From Candidatus Latescibacterota bacterium (lineage in GTDB: Bacteria; Krumholzibacteriota; Krumholzibacteriia; WVZY01): DNA of 64,000 bases. This document shows, one piece after another, positions 10,325 to 21,239 of this stretch. Position 1 is the first letter of the stretch, and each line of letters starts with the position of its first letter. The stretch covers positions 96,001-160,000 of the forward strand of contig CAWBQK010000013.1 of assembly GCA_963791045.1 (NCBI GenBank), read 5' to 3'. The translations under genes and the position numbers were made by a program. The notes below the pieces were generated by a model. That model was given only the letters and a program-made list of their open reading frames with translations. It did no database searches and was not told the DNA's origin.

Positions 10325-11543
10325 CTATTCGATCACAATAACTTCTGTGGGTATACTACCGGTCGATGACACGCGCGACACCAGGTAAAGGCCGGGAACC
10401 CCGTCTATCACGGATTCGATGTCACGCCGTGTCCGCCGACCGGAATCAGCCGAAAATCTAGCAAGGACTCGGCCTCCGCATGACAACTCGGTCGTACGCC
10501 CATCGATGGCCGGGAGACTATCAACCACAATCTCGCCGACGAGACGGTTGGCAATGCTCACGTTCTCTCCACCCGGGACATTCGCGCCCCTTTCCGGCCG
10601 GTCCGGATTCGCTCCCAGACTCAGACTCGCCGACACCACAAGTCTTGTGATCTCGATGAGAAACCGGGTGGTAAGGATCTCCGGTGTGTCGAGAACCGTG
10701 CAGTGATACGGGTTGTGATCGTAACCTTCCCATATCGAGACGGCGGGCAGACCTTTCCGCCAAAAAGAAACGTGATCGCTATTCCCCGAAGCCACGATGG
10801 TGGTATCGACGACGAGACGCGTCGAGCGCACCGCACACTCGATAACTTCAACAGCCAGGGGAATCGATTGCGAGTCGGCGAACAACACCGCGTCCATCGG
10901 TCCATATTCGTCGTACCCAACCATGTCGACATTGATGACTCCGCGCAGATCCGGGTGATCATCCAGCGCGTTTTCCGCAAACGCCTTCGACCCGAGCAGG
11001 CTGTCCTCTTCCCCACCAAAGAATGCAAGCGTCACGGAGGGCCGACGACCGTCCACCGACAAAACCCGAGCCGTCTCGAGAAGAACAGCCACGCCACTCG
11101 CATTGTCATCGGCGCCGGGGGCCGGTTCCCGCCAATCCTCGCCACGGCTGTCGTAGTGGGCGCAAACCAGAATAGTGTTGCGCTCGAACCCCGAGCCGCT
11201 CAAATCGGCAAGAACGTTTGTAACAACTACCGAGTTGCCCAGCCGATCTTTTACATTAACGTAGTGGTATTCGACGGGAATTCCGAGACCAGTCAACCGG
11301 CGCGTAATATACGACACTGTCGAGGCCGCCCCCTGCGATGTAAATCGTCTCTCCGTGCGCCGCGAGAAACTCGACCGTCGCGAGAAGACTGTCACCGGAG
11401 ATATTGGTACAAACCGCCTCGTGGTCACCGTGGCCATTCGGGCCGTCGCTCTCGCGAACAGGATCAACAACGACAAAAAGACCCAGCACAACCAGTGCGA
11501 GCACGCAGACATGCAGGATATGTAGCGGTAATCTGGCAGCCAC
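10325..11543 (-). CDS. M28-family metallopeptidase (N-terminal frameshift)
   Basis: AHYDS, PGADDNASG, GEE, NVDMVG, SDH, YH motifs; hydrophobic N-terminus lies in another frame (ORF 11256..11543, GTG start with GGAGG RBS). Confidence 0.87.
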
Positions 11544-11686
11544 GAACCGTCCTCCGTTCGGGATTCAAGATTTCACACATCATAGAAACGGCGGGGTTGG
11601 CCGTAAAGCTAATTTTGCCATGAAAGCGCCCAACGCTCTTATGCGGGCACGTCCACCGAGCCCGGGAACCGACCGTCTCTTTTGAC

Positions 11687-11714
11687 TTTACAAAGCCCCC
11701 TCACATGTTATAGT
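11687..11714 (+). promoter_or_regulatory. putative sigma70 promoter of the opp genes
   Basis: TTTACA-N16-TATAGT with TG extension, ~70 bp upstream of the GGAGG RBS and ATG 11783. Confidence 0.5.
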
Positions 11715-11782
11715 AAAAACAAGGTGGTTTACTCTCCCGGTCTTGGTTTGCCGGGAAAATGCGGTATCGAGGAGGACGACAA

Positions 11783-13412
11783 ATGAGCCGGTTATATACA
11801 AATTCGATTGCGGTCTTTTTAATCCTGGGCGTGCTACTTTCACTGTCGTCCTGCGGTGGGGACACCGACGTCCAAAAGGCCGCGCCTACCGGCACTCCCA
11901 TAGTGGGCGGAGTCGTCTACCGCCATCTCGAATCAGACTGCAAAACATTGAACTGGGTGCTTTATAACACCATATACGAAAATCACGTTCTCCGCCATCT
12001 TTACGACTATCTTCTCGACTACGATGAGAACCTCGACATTGTACCCGTGCTCGCAAAGAACTATGACGTCAGCAAAGACGACTTCGTATCACGGTAACCT
12101 TGAGAGACTCTCTCTTCTGGCACGACGGTGTCCCGATAACCTCGCAGACGTCAAATTCACCGTCGACAAGATCCTTGATCCCACGATACCCGCGGTCAAC
12201 AAAGAGGGCTGGTTCTCGCGTCTCGACAACGTCGAGATCGTTGACGACCCAACATCGAGTTCATATGGAAGGAGCCATATGGGCCCTAGTCTCCACGCAC
12301 TCACCCAGCTCGCCCCAATTCCGGAGCATATCTATGGCAAGGGTAATTTCCGTGAACACCCCGCCAACCGGCACCGGTGGGCAGCGGCGCTTTCAAATTC
12401 GAAGAATGGCGAACGGGCCAAATCATCAGCGTCGTACGAAACGAAGACTACTATGGACCTCCGGCCCATCTCGATCGCGTCGTTTTCAAGATCATCCCGG
12501 ACAGGATCCGTGGCGCTCGGCGCGCTCAAGACCGGCGAACTGGATGAAATGCGGGTCAACCAGCCCCAGTGGGAAACCAAACCGATGGCGGCGACTTCCC
12601 GCAAAAAGTTCGACAAGAATCACTATTATGTGCCTCTATACAATTACATCGCCTGGAATTGCCGATCGATTTGGTTCCGAGACAAACGGGTGCGCCTGGC
12701 GATGACGATGCTTTTTGATCGGGAGACGATCAACGAGGAGATTTATTCGGGTCACGCCAAGATCGTCACCGGGCCGTTTTATATAAACTCATGGGCCTAC
12801 GACTCATCGATCGAACCGGTGCCATACAACCCCGATGGGGCTCGACGTATCCTCGATGAAGCGGGTTGGACGGACAGCGACAGCGACGGCATTCGCGACA
12901 AGGACGGGATAAAATTCGAATTCGATTTTTCGTTATCAGCGGAAGCAGGACGGCGCGACGGTTCGCGGAACTCCTTCAGGAAGCATGCCCGAAAGTGGGA
13001 ATCGTAGTCAATATCAGGCGACTAGAGGGAGCGACGTTTTTTGACAAAATGTTCAAAGGCGAGTACGACGGGACGGCGTCTCGGATGGCGCCTGGACAAC
13101 GATCCCGACATGTATGACACCTTTCATTCAACGCAGGTTCCCCCGATCGGCATCAACCATACGTTCTACAGCAACCCCGAAGTTGACCGTCTCCTCGAAC
13201 AGGGACGCGTCGAGTTCGACCACGACAGGAGAAAACAGATTTATCACCGTGTTCACCGGTTGATTCACGATGACCAACCTTACACGTTTATAAATTCGGT
13301 CCCCGAAAAAAGACCGATCAGCAAACGAATCGAGAACGTAACGTTTTCACCCGACGGACCGTTCAATTTTTACCCCGGCGCCAATTACTGGTACACCAAA
13401 GACGAAGAATAA
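11783..13412 (+). CDS. oppA: peptide ABC transporter substrate-binding lipoprotein, family 5 (several frameshifts)
   Basis: Lipobox LSSC; PVLAKNYDVS, WHDGVPIT..DVKFT, DKRVRLAM, ARRILDEAGW, YSNPEVDRLL, spread over several frames. Confidence 0.85.
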
Positions 13413-13448
13413 AAGGGCCGACCACAAACATCTCCATCCCGGATAAGC

Positions 13449-14426
13449 ATGCTTACATACACGCTTCGGCGTTTGGCATATTTGATCCCCACACTCTTCG
13501 GCATTACCGTCGTTACTTTCGTCATTATATCCCTCGCGCCTGGGAACCCGGTTGAACTCATCCAGTCGGGGAAAATGAGCAGCGGGATATCTCTCGAAGC
13601 CTACAACGAGATGCTCCATCTCTACGGTCTCGACCAGCCCATTCACGTCCGCTATCTCGTTTGGCTCAAACGGCTCGCAACATTTGACTTCGGCAACTCC
13701 TTTCTCGATCACCGTCCGGTTATGGACAAAATCATCGAGCGGCTGCCCCCAACACTGATACTGAACCTGGTGTCGCTCGTAATCGCGTTGTTCCTGGCCA
13801 TCCCGCTCGGACTCCACTCCGCGGTACGCCAGTTTTCGTTGTTTGACAAGCTTGGAGGCACCGTTCTCTACATGCTCTATTCGCTTCCCGAGTTCTGGGT
13901 GGCACTCGTTCTTATTATGGTATTTGGGGTCAAGCTGGGGCTCCTCCCGTTTATAGGGCTGGAATCAACCGGGGCGCGCGACCTCGGATTTTTCCCGCTT
14001 CTTTGGGATAGAGTCCTCCACCTGATCCTTCCGACAATATGTCTCGTTTACGGTTCACTGGCGTATCTGTCACGTTTTGTTCGGGGATCGACACTCGAAA
14101 TCATTCATCAGGATTACATAAGGACTGCGAGGGCCAAAGGGCTTGATGACACGACCGTCGTTTACAAACACGTATTCAAAAACACGTTGATACCGGTATT
14201 GACGCTTCTTGGAATACTGCTGCCGACGTTGATCAGCGGCAGCGTGATCATCGAGTATATTTTCAGTTGGCCGGGAATCGGCCAGTTGTTCTTCGAGGCC
14301 GTCATGTCGCGCGATTACCCTACAGTAATGGGACTGAGTTTCATGACGGCCGTGCTCGTGCTCCTCAGCACGCTCGTTGCCGATTTGCTTTGCGCCTGGG
14401 TCGACCCACGGATAACCTATGACTAA
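13449..14426 (+). CDS. oppB: peptide ABC transporter permease
   Basis: 325 aa; DYIRTARAKGL EAA loop, WPGIGQL, RDYP, DPRI. Confidence 0.93.
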   Translation: MLTYTLRRLAYLIPTLFGITVVTFVIISLAPGNPVELIQSGKMSSGISLEAYNEMLHLYGLDQPIHVRYLVWLKRLATFDFGNSFLDHRPVMDKIIERLPPTLILNLVSLVIALFLAIPLGLHSAVRQFSLFDKLGGTVLYMLYSLPEFWVALVLIMVFGVKLGLLPFIGLESTGARDLGFFPLLWDRVLHLILPTICLVYGSLAYLSRFVRGSTLEIIHQDYIRTARAKGLDDTTVVYKHVFKNTLIPVLTLLGILLPTLISGSVIIEYIFSWPGIGQLFFEAVMSRDYPTVMGLSFMTAVLVLLSTLVADLLCAWVDPRITYD

Positions 14427-15462
14427 AAAACCGGCGCGCATAAAACACCCGCCGGGATACACTGGGTTTGTATGGCGGAACTTCAGACGGGACAAGCTCG
14501 CCGTCGCGGCCCTCTTTGTAATCGCGATTATGTTCGTCGTGTCATACCTCGCACCCGTTCTGGCGAACAATAAACCGTTGTTCATGCGAATGGACCAGAA
14601 AACCTACTTTCCCGCCGTGGCCGAACTCTTTCCATTCAACCTTTTTATCAACTACCCCGAGCTGCGCGCGATTGATTTCTCAGTCCTGAGAGACGACTCG
14701 TCGATTAACGGCATGATGCCGGTCGTCCCCTTCTCTCCGTTTGAGACGAGCCTTGCGGAAATTGTCGACCCCCCGAGCCTGCGCCACTGGATGGGGACGG
14801 ACGATCTCGGACGCGATGTATGCAGCAGAATGATCCACGGCGCGGGAGTATCGCTCAAAGTGGGGTTTGTCGCCGTAGGAATCGCACTGATCATCGGTGT
14901 TCTTTTTGGTTCGATCGCGGGGTACTACGGTGGATGGATTGATGTTGTAATCTCCCGCTTTATCGAAGTGGTGATGTGCTTTCCATTCTTCTTTCTCATT
15001 CTGGCCGTTATCGCGTTCTTACCACCGAGCATTTACAACGTGATGATCGTGATCGGCATAACGCGCTGGACAAGCATCGCCCGTTACGCCCGCGCGGAGT
15101 TTCTCAAGATAAAGGAACAGGAATACACACACGCGGCACGTGCGCTCGGTGCAAGCGACAGAAAGATCATCTTCCGGCACATCCTTCCCAATTCGATCGC
15201 GCCGGTTCTGGTCACGGCAACATTTGGGATAGCGAACGCAATTCTCATCGAGGCAGCATTGAGTTTTCTCGGGCTGGGTATTCAACCGCCGTTTGCAAGC
15301 TGGGGGGGGATTCTCTCCACGGCGAGGGAGTTCATCGATGTGGCATGGTGGCTGGCCGTATTTCCGGGTCTCGCCATATTCCTGACGGTGACCGCTTACA
15401 ATCTCGTCGGCGAGGGCCTCCGCGACGCAACCGATCCACGGCTCGCACTTCCCGAAAAATAG
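14419..15462 (+). CDS. oppC: peptide ABC transporter permease
   Basis: HWMGTDDLGRD, AARALGAS, RHILPN, LSFLGLG, GEGLRDA. Confidence 0.93.
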   Translation: MTKKPARIKHPPGYTGFVWRNFRRDKLAVAALFVIAIMFVVSYLAPVLANNKPLFMRMDQKTYFPAVAELFPFNLFINYPELRAIDFSVLRDDSSINGMMPVVPFSPFETSLAEIVDPPSLRHWMGTDDLGRDVCSRMIHGAGVSLKVGFVAVGIALIIGVLFGSIAGYYGGWIDVVISRFIEVVMCFPFFFLILAVIAFLPPSIYNVMIVIGITRWTSIARYARAEFLKIKEQEYTHAARALGASDRKIIFRHILPNSIAPVLVTATFGIANAILIEAALSFLGLGIQPPFASWGGILSTAREFIDVAWWLAVFPGLAIFLTVTAYNLVGEGLRDATDPRLALPEK

Positions 15463-15529
15463 TCTCGGCATGCCCGCCGCACATACCAAACAGACCTCCC
15501 ACAGGCAGAAAAAGCCGCAACGCGCGATT

Positions 15530-16355
15530 TCACACTTCGTCATCCGCCTGACATACCGGGCAGAAGTGTGTGCCGCGCCCACCAAGAACGATTTTCTCAA
15601 TTGGCGTACCGCACTCAAGACACGGCTGTCTTTCTCTTCCGTACACCGCGTGACGCTGTTGAAATCCGCCCGCCGTACCGTCGTGACGCCTGTAGTCGCG
15701 AATTGTCGACCCGCCCTCGGCAATCGCACGTTTGAGAATGCGCCCTCGCCGATGCAAGTATCTCCCTCGTATTCGCGGCGGCGCGGGTTCCGGGCATCCG
15801 CGGATTCACACCAGCGTCGAAGAGGAGCTCATCGATGTAGATGTTTCCAAGCCCCGAGACGATACGCTGGATGAGAAGCAGTGATTTTACCGGCGCGCTT
15901 CGCCCTTCAAAGACGCCACGGAGGTATGCTGTGCGCACCGCAAACGCATCGGGGCCGATGTTGAGATCCTCGAGGAAATCGCACCCGTCTGCGACATAAA
16001 CGTACCCGAACCGCCGCGGGTCGTAGAACCTGAGCTCGCCCCCGCCATCAAGGACAAAACGGCCATGAAGGTGTTTGCCGCGTCGGCGGATTTCGTCATC
16101 CCCCCGTTCGCACAAGATCAACCGGCCGGTCATTCCCAGATTAACCGTCATCAAGGCCCTGGGTCCAAAACGGAACACGGCGTTTTTGCCCACCCGTTCG
16201 ACCCGTGTGACCACCCGATCGTTTAGCCAACCCACATGGAGGCTCCCCCGCCGGTACATCGTGGCGGGCGATAACCGCCCCTTTAAGATACGGCGCCCAC
16301 GGAGGGGCCGGTCGAGCCCCCGGACGATGGTCTCAACCTCTGGAAGTTCCGGCAT
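15530..16355 (-). CDS. mutM: formamidopyrimidine-DNA glycosylase (frameshift near 15757)
   Basis: MPELPEVET start, LGMTG, DPRRFG, GLGNIY; zinc finger CLEC...CPVCQ in the second frame. Confidence 0.95.
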
Positions 16356-16561
16356 ATCATTGTCCTTACGGTAATTCGGCCGTTTCTCATACCCCCGGGC
16401 AAAACCGGTTTCGCCACTCTCGGAGATTGGTTATACTCTCATATAATCGAAGTCGGGCGGAGAAACAAGAGGGACCCCTCGCAGCAGGGGTCTTTCGCAT
16501 CGGTGGACGCCGACGACGCACAAGGCCGACGTTTTCAAGTTGTTCGGAGAGGACATCACGC

Positions 16562-18334
16562 GTGCCGCAATCCTTCAAAAACAGAATCCTGAACACCGTC
16601 CTTCCGCGAGTCCAGACCCCCGGTCAATATATCGGCAGCGAGAGGAACCAGGTAGTCAAGGATCCCTCGTCGGTAGACCTAAAGGTCGCGCTCTCGTTTC
16701 CCGACACATACACCGTCGGGATGTCGCATCTCGGGTTACAGATTCTCTACACCATGCTCAACGGCCGCAATGACGTTCTTGCCGAGCGTGTCTTCTCTCC
16801 CTGGATCGACATGGAAGCGGAGCTACGGAAACGTGAACTTCCACTTTACACACTCGAGTCCTTCACACCGATCGGCGAATTCGACATGATCGGATTCTCG
16901 ATGCAGTACGAACTCTGTTATACAAACTTTCTCAATATTCTCGAACTCGGCGGCATCCCGCAGGAGACGGCAAACCGGTCCGCCGGAGACCCGGTAATCC
17001 TGGGCGGCGGCTCGATAAGCTCCGCGATGGAGCCGGTTGCGCCATTCTTTGACGCCGTTCTCGTGGGAGACGCCGAAGACGTTCTCGACGAAATTGTCGA
17101 TCGTGTCATCGATTGGAAAAAGAGCCGACAGGAACGACGGGGCCTCCACGAGTCGCTTGCGCGGGTGCCCGGTGTGTACGTTCCGTCTCTTTACACCGTT
17201 GATTACAACCCCGACGGAACGATCAAGAGCATCGAAAACGACGCGCATGCCCCGAGGTGGATTTCAAAAACGACGGTGTCCGATTTTGAAAACGCGCCCT
17301 ATCCTACGCGCCCTATCGTCCCGAACGTTTCTACAATCCACGAACGCATAAATGTTGAAATCATGAGGGGCTGCCCGAATCAGTGCCGTTTTTGCCAGGC
17401 GGTCAAACATTACAGACCGTTGAAGCGACGATCCATAGAGAAGATCGTCGAGATATGCGAGGAGACGTTCCGGAACACGGGTTATGAGGAGATTTCACTG
17501 ACAAGCCTGTCGGCGGCGGATTATCCCGGGATACAGGAACTGATTCCCTCGATAGCCAGCCGGTTCAACGAGAGGCGGGTCAACGTCTGTCTGCCGTCGC
17601 TACGAGTCAAGGGTGAGCTCGAACACCTGCCCGGGCTGGTGAGCACCGTGCGAAAATCCGGGCTCACAATGGCGCCGGAGGTGGCGACCAACCGGCTCAG
17701 ATCGATGATCCGCAAGCCGATCCTCAACGAGGATTTACTCAACGGTTGTGCCGCCGCATGGAAAGCGGGCTATCAGCTTATCAAGTTTTATTTCATGATC
17801 GGCATCCCTACAGAGACCGAGGAAGATCTCAAAGCGATCGTCGATCTTTCCGACGAGGCGAGCTGGACAAGAAAAAAGACCGGAGGCAGGCGAAAGGGCA
17901 AGATCAATGTCTCCGTGTCATCGCACGTCCCCAAACCACACACGCCGTTTCAGTGGGAGGCAATGGACGCTCGCGACCAACTGAGATCGAAACAATCATT
18001 AATTCGATCCTACAACCGATCGTCTTTTCTCAATCTCAAGTTTCACAACGTCGATGAAAGCTATCTCGAGGCGGTTTTCTCGCGGGGCGACCGACGGTTG
18101 TCCCACGCCCTTCTTAGAGCCCGCGAGCGGGGGCTGCGGATGGATGCGTGGTCGGAATGTTTCAATTTGCAGGCGTGGCAAGAGGTGTTCGAAGACGCTC
18201 GTGTCGATCCGGATTTCTACGCGCTTCGGGCGCGCGGCACGGAAGAGATTCTCCCGTGGGATGTCATCACCGTCGGCAGCCCGACCCACTATCTTATGAA
18301 GGAGCGCGATCGCGCGCATGAGTCGGCAGGTTGA
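16562..18334 (+). CDS. TIGR03960-type B12-binding radical SAM protein
   Basis: Probable GTG start after GAGGA; FPDTYTVGMSHLG, ERVFSPWIDME, RGCPNQCRFCQA (CX3CX2C), PKPHTPFQW. Confidence 0.88.
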   Translation: MPQSFKNRILNTVLPRVQTPGQYIGSERNQVVKDPSSVDLKVALSFPDTYTVGMSHLGLQILYTMLNGRNDVLAERVFSPWIDMEAELRKRELPLYTLESFTPIGEFDMIGFSMQYELCYTNFLNILELGGIPQETANRSAGDPVILGGGSISSAMEPVAPFFDAVLVGDAEDVLDEIVDRVIDWKKSRQERRGLHESLARVPGVYVPSLYTVDYNPDGTIKSIENDAHAPRWISKTTVSDFENAPYPTRPIVPNVSTIHERINVEIMRGCPNQCRFCQAVKHYRPLKRRSIEKIVEICEETFRNTGYEEISLTSLSAADYPGIQELIPSIASRFNERRVNVCLPSLRVKGELEHLPGLVSTVRKSGLTMAPEVATNRLRSMIRKPILNEDLLNGCAAAWKAGYQLIKFYFMIGIPTETEEDLKAIVDLSDEASWTRKKTGGRRKGKINVSVSSHVPKPHTPFQWEAMDARDQLRSKQSLIRSYNRSSFLNLKFHNVDESYLEAVFSRGDRRLSHALLRARERGLRMDAWSECFNLQAWQEVFEDARVDPDFYALRARGTEEILPWDVITVGSPTHYLMKERDRAHESAG

Positions 18335-18359
18335 CGTTGAAAGCAACTCCGGGTACAAT
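18331..18359 (+). promoter_or_regulatory. sigma70 promoter
   Basis: TTGACG-N17-TACAAT; the -35 overlaps the upstream stop codon. Confidence 0.7.
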
Positions 18360-18424
18360 CGTTTCGCCGAACGGCGTTTCTGGATCCACGCTGTGGGGCA
18401 ATGAACCGAAAGAGGTGTGGACGC

Positions 18425-20842
18425 TTGGAATCTTATGAAAAACTCGGCGCCTTCTATCTCGGCAGGTCATCCGACCCCACCGGGGACTCCCTCGGGGACG
18501 ATCTCGTTCTCTACGACTCGCGCGACCTCTTGACCCACGCGTTTTGTGTCGGAATGACGGGAAGCGGCAAGACGGGCCTGTGCATAGGACTTCTCGAAGA
18601 AGCGGCGATCGATGGTATCCCCGCGATCGTCATCGACCCAAAAGGTGACCTGGCGAATCTACTCCTCACGTTTCCCGACCTGGCGCCCAAAGATTTCCGG
18701 CCATGGATCAACGATGCCGCCGCCAGCCGTAAAGAAATGACTCCCGACGCTTACGCCGCGGCGCAGGCCGAACTGTGGCGGACGGGTCTCGACAGTTGGA
18801 ATCAATCGGGGGACAGGATTCGCAGGCTCAAAGAGGCGGCCGACTTCCGAATTTACACGCCGGGCAGCGAAGCGGGCTTCCCCGTTTCGATCCTCTCATC
18901 GTTTGGCGCCCCCCCCAAAGAAATCCTTGGGGACTCCGATCTTCTGAACGAACGCATTAGCTCAACGGCAACAAGCCTTCTGACACTCATCGGATTCGAC
19001 GCCGACACGTTGACGAGCCGCGAACACATTCTGCTTTCAAAAATCTTTGAACACGCATGGAAAGAACGAACGGATCTTGATCTAACGAGTTTGATCCGGG
19101 GCGTCCAGGTGCCCCCGGTGTCTCGGATCGGTGTCCTTGAACTCGAAACGTTCTTCCCGGCAAAAGAACGCTTCGAACTGGCGATGGCTCTGAATAACCT
19201 GCTCGCCTCCCCCGGTTTCGAGACATGGCTATCCGGCGAACCGCTTGACATCGATCGCATTCTGTACACGCCGAAGGGCAAGCCGCGTATTGCGATTTTC
19301 TCGATCGCGCATCTTCCCGAAACTGAGAGAATGTTTTTTGTCTCGCTCCTTCTCAACCAGGTTCTTGGTTGGGTAAGAACCCGTCCGGGGTCGACGAGTC
19401 TTCGCGCGATGATCTACATGGATGAGATATTCGGGTACATTCCGCCCGTAGCCGAACCTCCGTCGAAGAGACCGTTGCTCACACTGCTCAAACAGGCAAG
19501 AGCGTACGGGGTTGGAGTCGTACTCGCCACGCAGAACCCGGTGGATATCGATTACCGCGCGCTTTCGAACATCGGAACGTGGTTTGTCGGCAGGCTTCAA
19601 ACCGACCGTGATCGCGACCGCGTCCTCGATGGAATCGCCGGTTCCGCCGCGGGATCCACAACGGGTTTTGACAAGAAGTCGCTGGGCGAAATCATCCGCG
19701 GACTCGGCAAACGTGTTTTTCTCATGCATAATATTCACGAAACCCAACCTGCCGTTCTGTACACACGCTGGGCGATGTCCTACCTTAGTGGTCCATTGAC
19801 GAGAACTCAGATCAAAGAGTTGATGGACCCGATCAAGGCCGGCCGCGCGGAAGCACATCATACGAGCACGACCGCCTCCGCAAAAAGACCGGGTGCGCCA
19901 TCGCGCGTGTCACCAGCCGATACGCCCTCGACACGGCCCATGCTGCCCCCGGGTATTCCCGAGGGCTTCTTGCCGATCGACGCGGCTACCGGAATCAAGG
20001 ATGTCTTTTATAGTCCCGGTCTGCTCGGCATCGCGAATATCCGTTTTGTCCACGGTCGAAGCGGCCCGGAACACTCTGCGACAATTGGATTATGGACACC
20101 CCTCGATCCGGATTCCAGGACGGTTGACTGGGAAAACGCGGATATCGTCGATATTGGCGTCGATGATATTGAAAATACCCCCCTTGCCAATGCGCAATAC
20201 GGGGCACTCCCGCCCAAAGCGTCCAATATGAGGAGCTTTGCCGGCTGGAGAAGAAGACTCATCACCACCCTGTATCAAACCCAGCGGTACGAGCTTTTGA
20301 AGAGCTCGAGGTTCAAAACAATTTCGAACCCAGGTGAGAGCGAGCGTGACTTTCGCATCCGGCTGGGCGATGTCGCCCGTGAAGATCGTGATTTCGCCGT
20401 GGAGCAATTGAGGAAAAAGTATACGAGCAAGGTGAGAACGATCGAAGATCGGATTCGACGCGCCGACCTGGTGGTCGATCGTGAAAAAGAACAGGCAAAA
20501 CACCAGAAACTGCAGACGGCCATCTCATTCGGGGCGACTATGCTTTCCGCTTTTCTCGGGCGCAAGAAGTTCGGTCGATCGACGGTGGGACGGGCGACCA
20601 CCGCCGCACGGGGCGTGGGAAGGTCGGCCAAAGAAGCTCAGGATATCGAACGCGCCCAAACACGTCTCGACTCGTTGCGAAAACAACTCGCGATACTGCA
20701 AAGTGATTTCGACACCGAGATCGACCGGCTCGAGGACCGCTTCGATCCTGAACTCGAACTCCTGGACACAATCACGCTCAAACCGCACAAAAAGGACATA
20801 GAGATCGCCTACCTTGCGCTTGCGTGGACACCCAATCCATAA
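18425..20842 (+). CDS. HerA/FtsK-superfamily (DUF87-like) ATPase with coiled-coil C-terminus
   Basis: GMTGSGKT Walker A, IDPKGD, YMDE Walker B, KQARAYGVGVVLATQNPVD; probable TTG start after GAGG (ORF opens at 18401). Confidence 0.83.
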   Translation: MESYEKLGAFYLGRSSDPTGDSLGDDLVLYDSRDLLTHAFCVGMTGSGKTGLCIGLLEEAAIDGIPAIVIDPKGDLANLLLTFPDLAPKDFRPWINDAAASRKEMTPDAYAAAQAELWRTGLDSWNQSGDRIRRLKEAADFRIYTPGSEAGFPVSILSSFGAPPKEILGDSDLLNERISSTATSLLTLIGFDADTLTSREHILLSKIFEHAWKERTDLDLTSLIRGVQVPPVSRIGVLELETFFPAKERFELAMALNNLLASPGFETWLSGEPLDIDRILYTPKGKPRIAIFSIAHLPETERMFFVSLLLNQVLGWVRTRPGSTSLRAMIYMDEIFGYIPPVAEPPSKRPLLTLLKQARAYGVGVVLATQNPVDIDYRALSNIGTWFVGRLQTDRDRDRVLDGIAGSAAGSTTGFDKKSLGEIIRGLGKRVFLMHNIHETQPAVLYTRWAMSYLSGPLTRTQIKELMDPIKAGRAEAHHTSTTASAKRPGAPSRVSPADTPSTRPMLPPGIPEGFLPIDAATGIKDVFYSPGLLGIANIRFVHGRSGPEHSATIGLWTPLDPDSRTVDWENADIVDIGVDDIENTPLANAQYGALPPKASNMRSFAGWRRRLITTLYQTQRYELLKSSRFKTISNPGESERDFRIRLGDVAREDRDFAVEQLRKKYTSKVRTIEDRIRRADLVVDREKEQAKHQKLQTAISFGATMLSAFLGRKKFGRSTVGRATTAARGVGRSAKEAQDIERAQTRLDSLRKQLAILQSDFDTEIDRLEDRFDPELELLDTITLKPHKKDIEIAYLALAWTPNP

Positions 20843-21121
20843 TCAATCATCGTCGCGCCACCCCCCCCTATAATTCACGGGCGTTTGCAGAACGATTCAC
20901 GCACTGTTCTTTTGCACCCGGTTTTGCAAATCACATGATCATTCGCACGATCCCTTTTGAGACGAATTCTCACGGTGAACGGCGACCGATGTGTCGGAAT
21001 TCTCCCACAACCGCTATCCCCTCCTCAGTGTTGCAATAGCCGGTTTAACGCGTATTGCGCGCGGCTCTGGTTTCCCTTTGTACGTTAACTTGGCTCACGC
21101 TTTCCCGGCGTGCCGGCACCG

Positions 21122-21137
21122 TGGCCCGCTTTTTGCT
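21122..21137 (+). promoter_or_regulatory. sigma54 (-24/-12) promoter
   Basis: TGGCCCGCTTTTTGCT (TGGC-N7-TTGCT), ~100 bp upstream of ATG 21240. Confidence 0.6.
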
Positions 21138-21239
21138 CAACGAGACCACACACAAGCATTGTTCCACAGGGCAAAGGCATTAACTCATTTTGAGGTAAGC
21201 GCTTATCTGGTTCTCGCTTAAAGGGAGGTTTGAGCCAAG

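Noticed and set aside
18425..20842. Conjugative VirB4/TraD or HerA-based defence system
   Set aside because: No T4SS, relaxase, integrase or effector genes nearby; the context is housekeeping
21165..21215. c-di-GMP-I riboswitch (CACAGGGCAAA resembles the start of Vc2)
   Set aside because: The following GAAA-tetraloop stem and GACGCAAA segment are missing
20991..21221. 76-aa ORF upstream of the lipoprotein
   Set aside because: No RBS or motif, and it overlaps the sigma54 promoter; more likely regulatory DNA
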